Shown: positions 9,801 through 19,678 of the stretch, one piece after another | Numbering within the stretch: the first letter of the stretch is position 1 | Layout: the number at the start of each line of letters is the position of its first letter | From: Giardia intestinalis | Taxonomy: Eukaryota | Direction: 5' to 3' (one strand) | Assembly: GCA_000002435.2 (NCBI GenBank) | Contig: CM018792.1 | DNA length: 64,000 nt | Position numbers and translations under genes: made by a program | The notes under the pieces: generated by a model | Told to the model about the DNA's origin: nothing | Databases searched by the model: none | Seen by the model: only the letters and a program-made list of their open reading frames with translations

Positions 9801-10646
9801 CATCCTCTTCTTGGCAGCAATAGTGAAAAGGAGGAATTCCTTGCCTCCAATGGCATTTTGTCAGAGAAGTCGCTATCCATTCTAAAGCCTCATATTGACA
9901 AGCTTGCTTCGCATAACAAGAGGCTGCAAGAGGTCACCCCCATGAAGGGACTATCTATAGTTGTTCCCATCTCAGATTCATTGAGTAGTGTAGACACGAT
10001 AGATACTATGCAGCGAGAATTTAGCTCGATAATGGAAAAGGTTGATACAGGTGCATTCGCAGATGCACTGGCTCCTCTGAGGTCGCTCCTACAACGAGCT
10101 CTTCTAGCCTGCACCTTTGCAGGGCCAAATGACCACGATGACCTTTCTACCCTTGTGCTCAATAGCACGCTGTATATATTGGCGTTATCCTGTGAGCTGG
10201 AGCGGCGCGCAACCGAGAAGGTTGCTACTCCGGAGCGTGTGTGCGAACTTTATGTGCTTTTCTCCCTTCAGAATATGAAGACAAACCACGCGCTGTTGGC
10301 ATTGCGCTTGGCTATAAGCGGTACAAAGCGGTACGGCGCGTATTCGCACTGCAAACAGCTAGCCCAACGATTCATTCAATTAAGCCAGCTTCCTGAGGCG
10401 CGTTCTCTGGATGTCTGCCAATCCTACTTACCCAAGGCAAAGAAGATGGCTGCATTAGAGGATGAGGATGTGGTGCAACTGAGCTTCAGTGCTGCCGATC
10501 AGGACACGGTCATGCTCTGCGCCGTTTCATACAAAAGCATCAAGGGACCCCACTGTATTTGTAGCGCCTGTAAGACGTGTGCATGCGATCAATATCTAAA
10601 GGCCAGTTGCCCTGTCTGCGAGCTTGGCACCTTTGTGAAGGCCTAA
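6813..10646 (+). CDS. COPA: Coatomer subunit alpha (COPI alpha): N-terminal WD40 propeller, C-terminal COPA domain
   Basis: The first ~160 aa are nearly collinear with metazoan COPA WD repeats (VKCVVFHPKRPWVI..NGVVELWDY..LIDKF..H..PVRCIDFH..QPLFV.GGDD..IK.W....R......GH.DY.R...FH...P.ILSASDD.T.R.WNWQSR..V..L.GH...VMCA.WHP.EDL.V.AS.D.TVRVWDIS). 1277 aa. ATG in aattttaaagg...tgATGg context. Confidence 0.93.
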   Translation: MVYAQLNLQTERVKCVVFHPKRPWVIFSCQNGVVELWDYVTKALIDKFRAHNSPVRCIDFHPTQPLFVTGGDDATIKLWSLSDRKLLYVFTGHTDYVRSVFFHPDIHPYILSASDDNTARIWNWQSRQRVADLVGHRDLVMCARWHPTEDLIVTASMDATVRVWDISSIRTKGATGRFQQLAMQALSLPHTIISSSVVGTGHGRGVNWVSWMPDAGNYFLSGSDDTKCKLWHLTRGSSTGLSLLGPDALLYCSSTIEKHTGNVSVVEPSVRNVILTAGVDGRLCLFSLSNRAYIGSITVHDLDPTATVSSLAPSDHKMLRWWSLREHPTINMWAAGHDGGLCIFSTQLEESVGTVEGDTCYFIDSHKLISTNLKAIVADASTKPTVKVEASLIKQTARSGAFGSSVVVVEPVDIIVMGNPFPFIVSYWDGKNRFIVPYATLKDCSPSSYDPKNVIEVSSNVARLSASHVAWIQRSSEGLVLAVAFVGTGGLTIKTMHPVSSTVLSVFPGRTESEVIISSPTKLSLYTLSNLSTNQPIVLLKSLSVPQLIQHAYYSNDQQYLAVVAHEFVALINMDTFTINTSQMSHTAISRGVWGLIGRGLEESEQRTANAFIYSTYTHICYMLPFISPTASEANRLAAHTQKISRVTKPIAGILTSLNRPICIVSASGQVIVYLDRHEGLKCIEFDSRVAGLVQAVASGRADDASIMLARLQNTPLGLSLSKTLLDMNRPDLALAALPKDEIQIRDELALNLGLLDHVCHDTKSQSANSYHIWLRIFAESLAQGQGLIARDALLKIARIDLLGFLLSLYNTTLSGSLSKLDYSRLSTSSSIQECLNAAVLVGDKSLFHSTLLRAGLSIPAKIFGEANGIDTPVEQASAPPVSPTKTISIGKKITVPLRKGSLRNYPTTSLLNTYESLMREIASAAEHELPAEGKRYQGWGSDDDDVDCVLPAEPVKGSVQMTSGPSEPLDATQASEAAADSAIVVPSHGVNVVSKHPLLGSNSEKEEFLASNGILSEKSLSILKPHIDKLASHNKRLQEVTPMKGLSIVVPISDSLSSVDTIDTMQREFSSIMEKVDTGAFADALAPLRSLLQRALLACTFAGPNDHDDLSTLVLNSTLYILALSCELERRATEKVATPERVCELYVLFSLQNMKTNHALLALRLAISGTKRYGAYSHCKQLAQRFIQLSQLPEARSLDVCQSYLPKAKKMAALEDEDVVQLSFSAADQDTVMLCAVSYKSIKGPHCICSACKTCACDQYLKASCPVCELGTFVKA

Positions 10647-10808
10647 GCCCTCCTCCTTACACCCATTACCCCATCAAGGACAGGAGCATTTACTTCAAAC
10701 AGCCCTGGACAGGCTGAAGTGAGGTTGCTGAGCAGCTAAGATCGTCTGGTTGTGCCAACGTGCCAGACCTGTGTAGCGGGAAGCCAGATAAGGAATGCGC
10801 CAGAGTCA

Positions 10809-11003
10809 TTAGTCGCTAGACTCGCCGTCTCCGTGCTGCTTATCAAATTTGCGCATCTCCTCAGAGGCGTAGTTGGTGGAGTAAATTCCATCTTGGTCTG
10901 CTTCTGTTCCATCTGTGACAGGATTTTCATCGACGTCCACGTCTTCAGTGGCAGTTTCGGGTTTTTGCGTGGGCTTCGACCTCGGTTTCGGCTTCGACGC
11001 CAT
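10809..11003 (-). CDS. Small acidic hypothetical protein (64 aa) ending ...KQHGDGESSD; paralog of the upstream 103-aa gene
   Basis: Track ORF (10809..11081) starts at an ATG that directly abuts the upstream gene's TAA. The more likely start is the internal ATG at 11003 (aaattctcaATGgcg), which leaves a 78-bp A/T-rich spacer. C-terminus resembles the neighbour's (..DK..KQH..ESSD). Confidence 0.35.
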   Translation of the reverse strand: MASKPKPRSKPTQKPETATEDVDVDENPVTDGTEADQDGIYSTNYASEEMRKFDKQHGDGESSD

Positions 11004-11081
11004 TGAGAATTTAGGACTAGACTTTATGGTTGGAATAATTACATGGAACTTTAATATTCCATGTCTAATTGGCACAAACAT

Positions 11082-11393
11082 TTAATCACTGCTCTCGCTG
11101 GAGGTGTGCTGCTTACGAATTGTTTTATCATGAGTGTTCATTCGCTCTTGAAAAAGCAGGAGCTCCTCGTTGGAAAAAGAGGCCCGATCTACATCATAGC
11201 GAACTGGTGTACTTAGGGCGATGACGTCCATTGCCTTCCTCTGCTCTTCTTCCATCATTTTGGTGCGGGCAAAGGGGGTGGCAAGAGACCGCTCCAACTC
11301 TGCGCGACGTTGTGCTGCTATGTAGAGTTGTCTGCGCCGCTCCATACGCGCCTCGTAATGGCGATATTGGTCAGCATTGAGATCGTTGTCCAT
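11082..11393 (-). CDS. Small charged hypothetical protein (103 aa) ending ...KQHTSSESSD
   Basis: True ATG with aaattaaaATG initiator context; Arg/Glu-rich helical N-terminus; acidic Ser-rich tail. Confidence 0.45.
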   Translation of the reverse strand: MDNDLNADQYRHYEARMERRRQLYIAAQRRAELERSLATPFARTKMMEEEQRKAMDVIALSTPVRYDVDRASFSNEELLLFQERMNTHDKTIRKQHTSSESSD

Positions 11394-11554
11394 TTTAATT
11401 TGGGCCTCTAACTTTCGTTAATTGAAGCCAGATTTAAAGCTAGGAATAAGCGTTGCTAAAATATTTCCATGACAGATGCTCCTGTTTCTGCAAGCGTCTT
11501 TAGCTGGTCAGAAGTGTTTTTGCTTCTGCAGCTGTTAAACTTGAAAGTTAAAAA

Positions 11555-14500
11555 ATGACCGAAAGCGTTGTCCTACTGTCTCGTACTCTTCCGTTGTTCG
11601 TAGAAAGAGAGAATAAGGTGATCGATACAACCTTTAAGCTGGTCACGCATCTTGATGATTCACTTTTTATTGAAATCATCAAGGCCAATACGCTGTGGCG
11701 AGCCATTCCATATGCTCGTGTCACTCACCTATTGCTTTCAGAAGACACTGAGTCTGTCCAGCCATACTATAAAGCGCGCGAAAATACTCCGTTGTTCTTC
11801 TTTACGCTTTCGACGGATTCTGATGCTTTACATTATATTATTTCAAACAGCCACGATGACATCAATTTCCTCATTGAGCTTCTGCAACTACTTCATACCC
11901 TTCCTTACCCCGGCCTCCCCCGAGCCTTGTTTGAAGCAGCTATTAGAAATCTTTCACCAGGCGTTTCAGATATCTACGATCCACAGCGTCTGCCCGACGT
12001 TTCCATGTCGCCAACACAGGGATATAGTCAACTAATAAGCTCGTTTAAGCAAAGCTTTTATTTTCAACAGATTGTCTATCAGTATGGATCTGGGCAACCC
12101 ACTGCACAAGCCCTGAAATACATCTCCTATTGGCCCGTTATTGCCATCTTCATGGCAAGCTGCCTGGTCCTGCTCGCCACGGGTCCCTATTCAAATCAAT
12201 CTTACACCATCCTGCACCTTTTGTCGATGAGAACCCAGAACTTTAACTTTCTTCTATCTCACATCAATACAATAGTATTTTACACTGCACCTGATGAGAC
12301 ACTGGGCTATATCGAAGTCATACAAAGCTCTTCTCTTTACAAGGATCAGGCCATTGTATTACACCTTAATATGTCGTATGTAATTAACTACATGCTCCAG
12401 TTTAAGGAATTGTCACGCTTCCCGCCAAGCTACAGAGTCCCCGACCTTCTATCAGTACCGCTATTTGCAAGGAACAGAGTGGATGTCCAAGAATCGTCTC
12501 TATTTTCTTTATACACAAAAGGCGTGTTTTGCTCCCTCAAGGGTAGGCTCAGTGACATACTCACAGAATTATCTGATACTATTCCTGCGTATTTGGCAGC
12601 ATTGGAGCCACTCTCTATTCTCATACGATCCTCAGTACTGCGTGGGTTTACTCTTGTCCCCGACAAGATCCCCTCTCTATGCCTTTCGAATATCCTGCAG
12701 GTTATGGAGACAATCTTGAACACCTTGACTTCACGCTATATGAAACTGACAGGCCACACGGAACATACCTCACCGCCCAGTGGTGGGCTTGACGACCACG
12801 AGGAGGGCCGCATTTCTATCGTCTTCACTCCCGGCCTGTACGAGGGAGACATCTCGCACCTTATTATCAGCGACGAGTACTCCAAGGCACTTGTCCTTCA
12901 GCACATTCTAAGTTCGCTGTTCCTACCCTCACACCAAAAGGAGATGCCGGTATATTACAGAAAAGCCCCACTACTACCCTCTATCATTAAATATATAAAT
13001 CCCGACGGGACGCTCTCAGACCCATATCGCCTTGATATGACCAAGACATCGAGCGACATACTAGATGGCATTCCGCTGTCGCCGCTCATCAAGGGATCCA
13101 TTCTTTATTTTATTATTAAGGCAGTGGCAGAGATCATAATGTCGCCGTCGCCAAATGTGCCTGATGCAGTTAAGATGTTACTGGCCAAGGCGACTGTCTC
13201 TGTTCGAATAAACTACGGCCAGCCATCTGAAACAGCCAGTGGTCACGACAATATATTAACAGAATTTGTTCTCTCACCCGATAATTCCGGTGGAGGGGAT
13301 GCATCCTTGTTCCTGGACGCTCCTGGAACTCTCTGCCCCCTTCTGCACTTCCTCGTCGCTTCTCAGAATATCAACGAGGAGTATGGGTTGTTAAGCGTTT
13401 TTGAGTATTGGACGCGGATTGGTATCAAGGGCTATCCTCCTGCAGTGGCCCTGGCTCCGGATTTCTTTGCACAAGCAGCACAGAGGAACTACCTTCAACA
13501 GACACAGAATCTTCTTGATGATATTAACCAGATGGTCAGCTTCTCTTCTACCGTTGAAGAAGATTCGGCATATAGGTATGTACCGCCCGCTCCAGTTATC
13601 TTGCTCGACATTAATGTCCTACCCAGCAGCAGACAAGCCTTCATAAACCTCGGGCAGGACATGACGTCAATTCGAACGGAGAATGAGCGCTGCATCAAAG
13701 AATATTATGCAAAGCACGCAGATACCCGCAGAGAGGAATCCATTGAGGATCTTATCAACATATCTGACATGTTCTATTATTTCATTCAAACCAATTCTAT
13801 TGATGACGTGTTGAAGAGAGGGGCACTTTGTGACATCTCTTCTTTAAACGCAGATTCTGCTCAGCTTGCTGCTCCATCCAGCGCTGACGGCACGGATCTT
13901 AAGCAGAAGTTCACACCGGTCCTGCACAAGGTGTCTCATGATCTTATACATTTTACTGAAGCAGCAGCTTATATCTCAGAGATAGACATCCACAGCAACA
14001 TAGGCGTGCTAGACACCACGGGGCGATATTTGGGCACAGATATAGAAGTGCAGACACCTGCAGATTCTGTACGGGACCAGGCTCCCCTGTCGATGAGCCT
14101 CACTGACCAACAAGACACAGCTACTCAGGCCAACTCCCTGCTTAGACCCATCATTCCCTCCCTATCTCTTACTGAGACATCCTTTGCCAATGTTCTGGAA
14201 GTCATTACCGTTGCAGGCTTACTCAGATCGATTCTCCAGCATCTTACTGGGTTTGCACGATACTTTATCTCTTTAACCCTCAACGTCTTCTACCTCAAGC
14301 TGCAGTCTCTTAGCCTTCATCCGCTGATAGACGTCGAAAAAACTCTACGCTTTGCGGCCAGCTACTTTGCATCGGTTGCCCCGGATGCCCTTCCCCAGGA
14401 CTATCTAGATTCTCTCAGTCATGATGTCTTTGCTTTGGTACAGGGACGCATTAATTTCAAGGACACAAATGTGCCCGTTTCACGTCGCCAAAGCGAAATC

Positions 14501-17500
14501 TTTAATGCCTCCAAGGGCGATGATCTTAAGCCCAATCTGCTCACCAAGCAGATTTCTTCAACATTCAATCTTGATATCGATCTACTAAAAAAGCAATCAA
14601 TATTTTTTGATGTGCAATATGGGATTGAAAATCGGGATAGCTTTTACGAAAACCCCCGTCTCCTCATCGTACCGCACTATCGCATCATGCTTGGTATTTC
14701 TAAATATGTATTTGATCATCAGAACGCCCCAGAGCGTCTCAACGATGTGGAAATCGACAAGCTACTCTCCAAATATATCAACGAAGAAATGCTCAAATAC
14801 GTTAAGAGGAGCGATCATACATATAGTGCTACTACCAATGTCAAATTATTTGAGAAAACGCTTGAGGGTTTGCTGAAAACCGCATACAATTGCGTGATAG
14901 ATAATGGGATCATGCATCTTTTCAGATACGATTTTGATAGCAACGCGCGCCTGCCCAGCCGGCGCTATGTATCCCCAGACCTCATCCACTCTGTTCGAGG
15001 GGTTAAGGTTCCTTGGACAACCTTGCGGAGCATGTACCCAGAATTTATTTCCATACCGAATGCCGGTATCCATGTACCAGTTAACAAAGAGGTGGCGGAC
15101 ATGATCACACTGGATCTTGGGTTTGTGCCGCATCACGGACGCGCCTCTCTGATGGCCTTCTATATGTCCATCCTTCCTAGCTACATTTCCCAGCTTCGAA
15201 ACAAGTATGTTAATGTGCTCATACAGCCATCTGTTGATAGCATTGAGCACCCCTTCTATCCCTGTGGAGAGCCGAGTACATACAAGAAAAACCAGCTCCC
15301 TAAGAGCTATGAGCTAGGTGGGATTTGGCTTTCATCTATTCTGCACCATATTTTCAACATATCTCGCATCCTAATAACATCAGCAGCATACAACGAGCCC
15401 GTAGTGTCCATCGCGCCCCTCGATAGAGATGAAAAGTGTTTGATACTCCGCTGTATTGAAGTGTCCTTCAGTCACGTTGATTCAGATAAACTGCTTGGCT
15501 TGCCAGATACCCGGTCGATACGAGAAGATAATGATACTGTTAATGCACCTCTCAATTGCTCCCCAGAGATCTCTCTCGTCATCTCCGAAGTCCTAACGCC
15601 CGGCCTCGTCTGCGAAATCATGTCGTTGATGGGTGATTCAGAATCCCCTGGTCTCCCACGCTCGGCTCGCTACACAAATCCATTCCATTCCCTGTTTACC
15701 TTTAGGATACTTTCGGTTGAAGCTCTTTTTGGCCACATCTGCACCAAGCTAAAGCTTCATACTTTACTGCCAGTCATCACCTTCTTACGGAACACTCAGT
15801 ATGCTTTAACAAATAGAAACTCAGCTGAGGTGGAACTAGAAGTGCCTTCTGTATTTGCTCTAAATGCCCACGACTCTCTAGATTTGTTTGCCAAGGTGTG
15901 TATTAGTGTGCTACGAGCAGAGTTTACAAATATCCCAGATCTGAGTGCGTCAACAAGGCGCCACTTGATCCGCACCATCAACTCCTGCCCTTTTTTGGTC
16001 ATTGGATCTGAAGCGAAAACTGAAGCACTTGTTTGTGCTGGAAAGGAAAACAGGAACCCGGTCAGTGGCAGGGTGTGCTTCAACATAGGCACGTCTAAAG
16101 CTAACAGAGATATCTATAAACGTGTGCGCGCTCTGTCACAGACGAGTCAAGATCGGTTTGTGATGCTGAACACGTTCTTGGCGGAAAAGCCTCTTTCTCA
16201 CTACAGTATAACACTCTTTACAAAGGTACCACTAGACAATGGCTATTGTATAGGATTTGGTTACATAGTGGATAAAAGCATTAGCGACGTGTTCGTTATT
16301 GACACTCCGATCTTGATGTGCATTATTATTCCCGATAACTTTGACTGTACTGCCCCTGAGCTATTCGACAAGAGCCGCTGCCTCATTAACGCCCCCGTTG
16401 TTGTCACGTCTAGTCCCTCATTTATTGAAAATACGACCTTCTACGTCTCTATTTCACAGGAAGACATCAGAAAGGCTAACGAAAGCATCACTGCGGAGCT
16501 ATCGTACCCCATAGCCAATGTAGACGGAACGATCTCTCAGCTTAGATACTTGGAGTCTAGAGTGCTTTCCTCAATTGCTGAATCCATCCAGGCACTGCCT
16601 GCAAGGCTCCAGGCCCTGAGGTATAGCTGCAGTGACATACAGAGACGTCTGGGGGGCGAGATTGACGTGTCCCTCCTTCCTATGTCCTTCTCCCTCGGTC
16701 AATTCAGTACCAAAAAATACGTTGAGACAGCATCCATGCTTAGCTTCACGGAAACTCTTGCGTCCTCTCTCTTTGCTGCAAATGTCCTCCCAATCAGCAT
16801 AAATTACGCCCTCTACCTCACTAATCAAGAGAAGATCCGGTTCCAGAAGAAGCCAGACAATACAAATAGAAAGCATATTCCTATCAATCTGATGCTTCTT
16901 GGACCAGAGGAATGCATACTGCCAGAATCTATCTCACCACTTGTGTTCATAATCAAATTGCTAAAAACGGAGCCTCTCGAGAAGCTTGTACAGATGATAG
17001 ACAAAGATAATACGGGCAAAATTCTCTTAGCACTAGTGCCCATACTCTTGGTAGATAAGTTCAGCCTCCAATTTTCTAATGACTCTTTAGAAGTCAGCGA
17101 GAAAATTAAACAGCAGGCCGAAATCGAGAAGCAAAACAGACTAGCTGAGACCACGTACTCCCTCTTTGATATGTCAATAATTGAGGAGCATGTCAGGAAT
17201 ACGGTGAACGAGGTATTCGGTAAAAACTTTGGCCCCACAAAAAGTACAGATGCGGCAGCAGACGAGCGTGTCTATGGTCCATATCTATATTTAGGATGCG
17301 ACCCCACGATATGGAAGCGGCTATATGATGCAATCCAGCGCAGTGCTCACAAGGCAGCCTTTAATTCGCTGGTCACAACATGCAATCCAGCGACGATTGA
17401 GAAGGGTATGTCGAGCAACAAAATGGTTGCGTCTATGAGTCTTCTGATTGGGGCCAGGTTGAGGTATGACATGTCTTTGGGGAAGGATGGCCTGATAGAC

Positions 17501-17554
17501 TACATTAACTGGAAGAAATCGTACTGCAAGCCTATGGAGAACGCTACATATTGA
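11555..17554 (+). CDS. Very large hypothetical protein, 1999 aa, with one hydrophobic segment near residue ~195
   Basis: 6-kb uninterrupted ORF from a true ATG in gttaaaaaATG context; no recognisable catalytic motif. Confidence 0.6.
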   Translation: MTESVVLLSRTLPLFVERENKVIDTTFKLVTHLDDSLFIEIIKANTLWRAIPYARVTHLLLSEDTESVQPYYKARENTPLFFFTLSTDSDALHYIISNSHDDINFLIELLQLLHTLPYPGLPRALFEAAIRNLSPGVSDIYDPQRLPDVSMSPTQGYSQLISSFKQSFYFQQIVYQYGSGQPTAQALKYISYWPVIAIFMASCLVLLATGPYSNQSYTILHLLSMRTQNFNFLLSHINTIVFYTAPDETLGYIEVIQSSSLYKDQAIVLHLNMSYVINYMLQFKELSRFPPSYRVPDLLSVPLFARNRVDVQESSLFSLYTKGVFCSLKGRLSDILTELSDTIPAYLAALEPLSILIRSSVLRGFTLVPDKIPSLCLSNILQVMETILNTLTSRYMKLTGHTEHTSPPSGGLDDHEEGRISIVFTPGLYEGDISHLIISDEYSKALVLQHILSSLFLPSHQKEMPVYYRKAPLLPSIIKYINPDGTLSDPYRLDMTKTSSDILDGIPLSPLIKGSILYFIIKAVAEIIMSPSPNVPDAVKMLLAKATVSVRINYGQPSETASGHDNILTEFVLSPDNSGGGDASLFLDAPGTLCPLLHFLVASQNINEEYGLLSVFEYWTRIGIKGYPPAVALAPDFFAQAAQRNYLQQTQNLLDDINQMVSFSSTVEEDSAYRYVPPAPVILLDINVLPSSRQAFINLGQDMTSIRTENERCIKEYYAKHADTRREESIEDLINISDMFYYFIQTNSIDDVLKRGALCDISSLNADSAQLAAPSSADGTDLKQKFTPVLHKVSHDLIHFTEAAAYISEIDIHSNIGVLDTTGRYLGTDIEVQTPADSVRDQAPLSMSLTDQQDTATQANSLLRPIIPSLSLTETSFANVLEVITVAGLLRSILQHLTGFARYFISLTLNVFYLKLQSLSLHPLIDVEKTLRFAASYFASVAPDALPQDYLDSLSHDVFALVQGRINFKDTNVPVSRRQSEIFNASKGDDLKPNLLTKQISSTFNLDIDLLKKQSIFFDVQYGIENRDSFYENPRLLIVPHYRIMLGISKYVFDHQNAPERLNDVEIDKLLSKYINEEMLKYVKRSDHTYSATTNVKLFEKTLEGLLKTAYNCVIDNGIMHLFRYDFDSNARLPSRRYVSPDLIHSVRGVKVPWTTLRSMYPEFISIPNAGIHVPVNKEVADMITLDLGFVPHHGRASLMAFYMSILPSYISQLRNKYVNVLIQPSVDSIEHPFYPCGEPSTYKKNQLPKSYELGGIWLSSILHHIFNISRILITSAAYNEPVVSIAPLDRDEKCLILRCIEVSFSHVDSDKLLGLPDTRSIREDNDTVNAPLNCSPEISLVISEVLTPGLVCEIMSLMGDSESPGLPRSARYTNPFHSLFTFRILSVEALFGHICTKLKLHTLLPVITFLRNTQYALTNRNSAEVELEVPSVFALNAHDSLDLFAKVCISVLRAEFTNIPDLSASTRRHLIRTINSCPFLVIGSEAKTEALVCAGKENRNPVSGRVCFNIGTSKANRDIYKRVRALSQTSQDRFVMLNTFLAEKPLSHYSITLFTKVPLDNGYCIGFGYIVDKSISDVFVIDTPILMCIIIPDNFDCTAPELFDKSRCLINAPVVVTSSPSFIENTTFYVSISQEDIRKANESITAELSYPIANVDGTISQLRYLESRVLSSIAESIQALPARLQALRYSCSDIQRRLGGEIDVSLLPMSFSLGQFSTKKYVETASMLSFTETLASSLFAANVLPISINYALYLTNQEKIRFQKKPDNTNRKHIPINLMLLGPEECILPESISPLVFIIKLLKTEPLEKLVQMIDKDNTGKILLALVPILLVDKFSLQFSNDSLEVSEKIKQQAEIEKQNRLAETTYSLFDMSIIEEHVRNTVNEVFGKNFGPTKSTDAAADERVYGPYLYLGCDPTIWKRLYDAIQRSAHKAAFNSLVTTCNPATIEKGMSSNKMVASMSLLIGARLRYDMSLGKDGLIDYINWKKSYCKPMENATY

Positions 17555-17600
17555 CAAATAATGGGCAGAGCAAGTGCCTAATCATTGTGTTCCGGCATTA

Positions 17601-19130
17601 TCACATACTCTCGTGACGCATCCTCACCAGTTCAATTAATGTCGATACGCTCGCATAGACAGCCATATTAGGGAAGTCGTGGGCAGAGAGATAACACTCA
17701 TAAAGGACGTCAGTAGAAAGCGTGCTCATTACGGGCTCTTCGAGTGTAGTGCCACGAGATAGCTCCATCATTTGGTGCAAGATTCGAAAGCATCTCCCAG
17801 TGAACTTGGTTGTGCACGACACTGTCCGCTTAATCAAGGCATTTTGAAGATAGTGGGCGAGCGCGGCCACGAGGCCGGCGGCAAAAAACTCTTCCCACGC
17901 TTCGGCGACGGTGATGGAAATAATATTGATAGACGAGTTAACCACAATATGTGTTACTGAATACAGATTGTCGACGAGGACCTTAATGAGACTGCTTTCT
18001 CTAAAGGTTTTTCGATATGGCGGCCACTGAGCGAATAGTACCTCAATAGTGAGCGCAACATCAACATATGCATTGTGGATACCGGTTGCAAGAATAGATG
18101 AGAGAATGTCAGAAAACTCTAGTGTGGCTATGTCATTAAAGACATCATTATTAACGGAGGTAGAAGCAACATTAGCGATGAAGCAAAGTAATTGCTTGGT
18201 CATGTCTCTGTAAATCTTGATTAGCTGAATGCATAGCCTCCATGCGTGGAAGCCTCCAAGCAGCGTTCCAAAGTCTTGATGCATACAGAAATTGTTCAGC
18301 CCTAAAAGCAGATCATTCCCGACTCTCCGCCATTCGTCAGATCTGGAAAACAGTGGGGTGATAGCAAAGAAGAAAAATAGCATTTGACGTAGATAGGCGA
18401 AAACCTCTCCATCAAAGTCATAGCTACAATTGGCCAAGAATGCACCGAGAAAACTACCCAGTGGCTGTAAGATGGGAGCAGGGACAATGCTCAATAGAGA
18501 GAAATAGTTAGATGCATCATGAAGCATCGCGTCTTCACGCTCTTCTTCACAAGAATCAAGCTGAAGTAACAGAGATATCGGTCTCAGAAGCTCGTCTGCA
18601 GACGCATAGAGTAAGAGCTGTTGCCGCCCGTGAAGCTCATAGCTGGCGGAGTGAGTATAAAACATTAGTACCCCTATGAGAAGCTCAGGACTTTCTGCGA
18701 TCATGGATGTGATATTGGATAGATAGGGAAGGCCAGCCCGCACTGACAGCTCAGTCATTTCTGCACCTGCATCAGCAAATTGATCAAGCATAGAGAAGAT
18801 AAGGAATGCAATTTGTGTGGACGTATACGGTTGCAAGTGCTGTGCAAGGGCATCAATTAACTTTGCAAGACGGGGGTCACGAACTAGCTCTGTTACGGCA
18901 TCTCCCTTTACGCAAGAATACAGAGCTAGTAGCTGCGATTCTAAGCTATCAGCCATGGTGTCCAAACTGTGTTTCTTGAGGTCTTGCGTTAGGAAGTACT
19001 CCAGAACTTGATCGAGCCTCTCTTTCCCGTTAAGGTCTGCAGCATTCACTAGAGAGGAAGACAGCTTTACGCGGGAGCTGCAGTCTTTCATAGCACGAGA
19101 ATCATCCAAAAAGATAGTCCGTCGCTGCAT
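17601..19130 (-). CDS. Hypothetical Leu-rich helical protein, 509 aa (possibly ARM/HEAT-like)
   Basis: ORF from a true ATG with attcaaaataATG context; composition suggests an alpha-helical repeat protein. No specific match recognised. Confidence 0.5.
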   Translation of the reverse strand: MQRRTIFLDDSRAMKDCSSRVKLSSSLVNAADLNGKERLDQVLEYFLTQDLKKHSLDTMADSLESQLLALYSCVKGDAVTELVRDPRLAKLIDALAQHLQPYTSTQIAFLIFSMLDQFADAGAEMTELSVRAGLPYLSNITSMIAESPELLIGVLMFYTHSASYELHGRQQLLLYASADELLRPISLLLQLDSCEEEREDAMLHDASNYFSLLSIVPAPILQPLGSFLGAFLANCSYDFDGEVFAYLRQMLFFFFAITPLFSRSDEWRRVGNDLLLGLNNFCMHQDFGTLLGGFHAWRLCIQLIKIYRDMTKQLLCFIANVASTSVNNDVFNDIATLEFSDILSSILATGIHNAYVDVALTIEVLFAQWPPYRKTFRESSLIKVLVDNLYSVTHIVVNSSINIISITVAEAWEEFFAAGLVAALAHYLQNALIKRTVSCTTKFTGRCFRILHQMMELSRGTTLEEPVMSTLSTDVLYECYLSAHDFPNMAVYASVSTLIELVRMRHESM

Positions 19131-19207
19131 TATTTTGAATGCTCATAGATTTACGGTTTACCTGACTCCAGCTCACGCGGTGGATATCAGAACTAGTTAC
19201 CGATGTG

Positions 19208-19678
19208 CTAATTTTCCGTCCTTATGTCAGCCACATCTGTGACCAGCATTTTCAATCCTAGAAGCGCAGCTGGATATGCAAGAAGAAGGGCCTCTGCGTC
19301 TTCAGGGTGTGCCCCGATAAAGTGCCGAAAGGAAAGAATGATGGCATCCTGTTGGTCTGGGCGCAAAGCTTTCACGGCAGAATAAACAGCTTGTAACTGT
19401 CGCTTCTTCTCCCTTTCGTTATCTGTCTCGACCATTTTGCATTGTAGATTTTCTCCTGACGGAATGTTCACAGCAGAAAACTGCTCTACTGCAAGCTGGG
19501 CCATGTCTGAACTATTGAAGTGGGCATCTACGTAGTATAGCGTCTTGTTCTTGTGGATTGTTGCGCCTCCCAGCTTGGATAATCTGTGTACTATCTCGTC
19601 ATATATTTCGTCTCCGGCGTGTGGCGGAATGCCTATAACGCGTACGTGGGTTGATGTTGATGACTTCGCCCTGGACAT
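19208..19678 (-). CDS. Hypothetical protein, 156 aa, with RRM-like N-terminal half and a helical C-terminal segment loosely resembling the CstF-64 hinge
   Basis: True ATG (aaaaaATG). Weak motif-level resemblance only (..VRVIGIPP.., ..PDQQDAIILSF...HPEDAEALLLAYPAL..). Confidence 0.4.
   Translation of the reverse strand: MSRAKSSTSTHVRVIGIPPHAGDEIYDEIVHRLSKLGGATIHKNKTLYYVDAHFNSSDMAQLAVEQFSAVNIPSGENLQCKMVETDNEREKKRQLQAVYSAVKALRPDQQDAIILSFRHFIGAHPEDAEALLLAYPAALLGLKMLVTDVADIRTEN

Noticed and set aside
10809-11393. Single gene with programmed readthrough of the TAA at 11082-11084
   Set aside because: Possible but unsupported. An A/T-rich 78-bp stretch stays open by chance about 10% of the time, and the second ORF has its own good internal ATG with initiator-like context. 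Tandem paralogs is the simpler reading; kept as a low-weight alternative in the findings.
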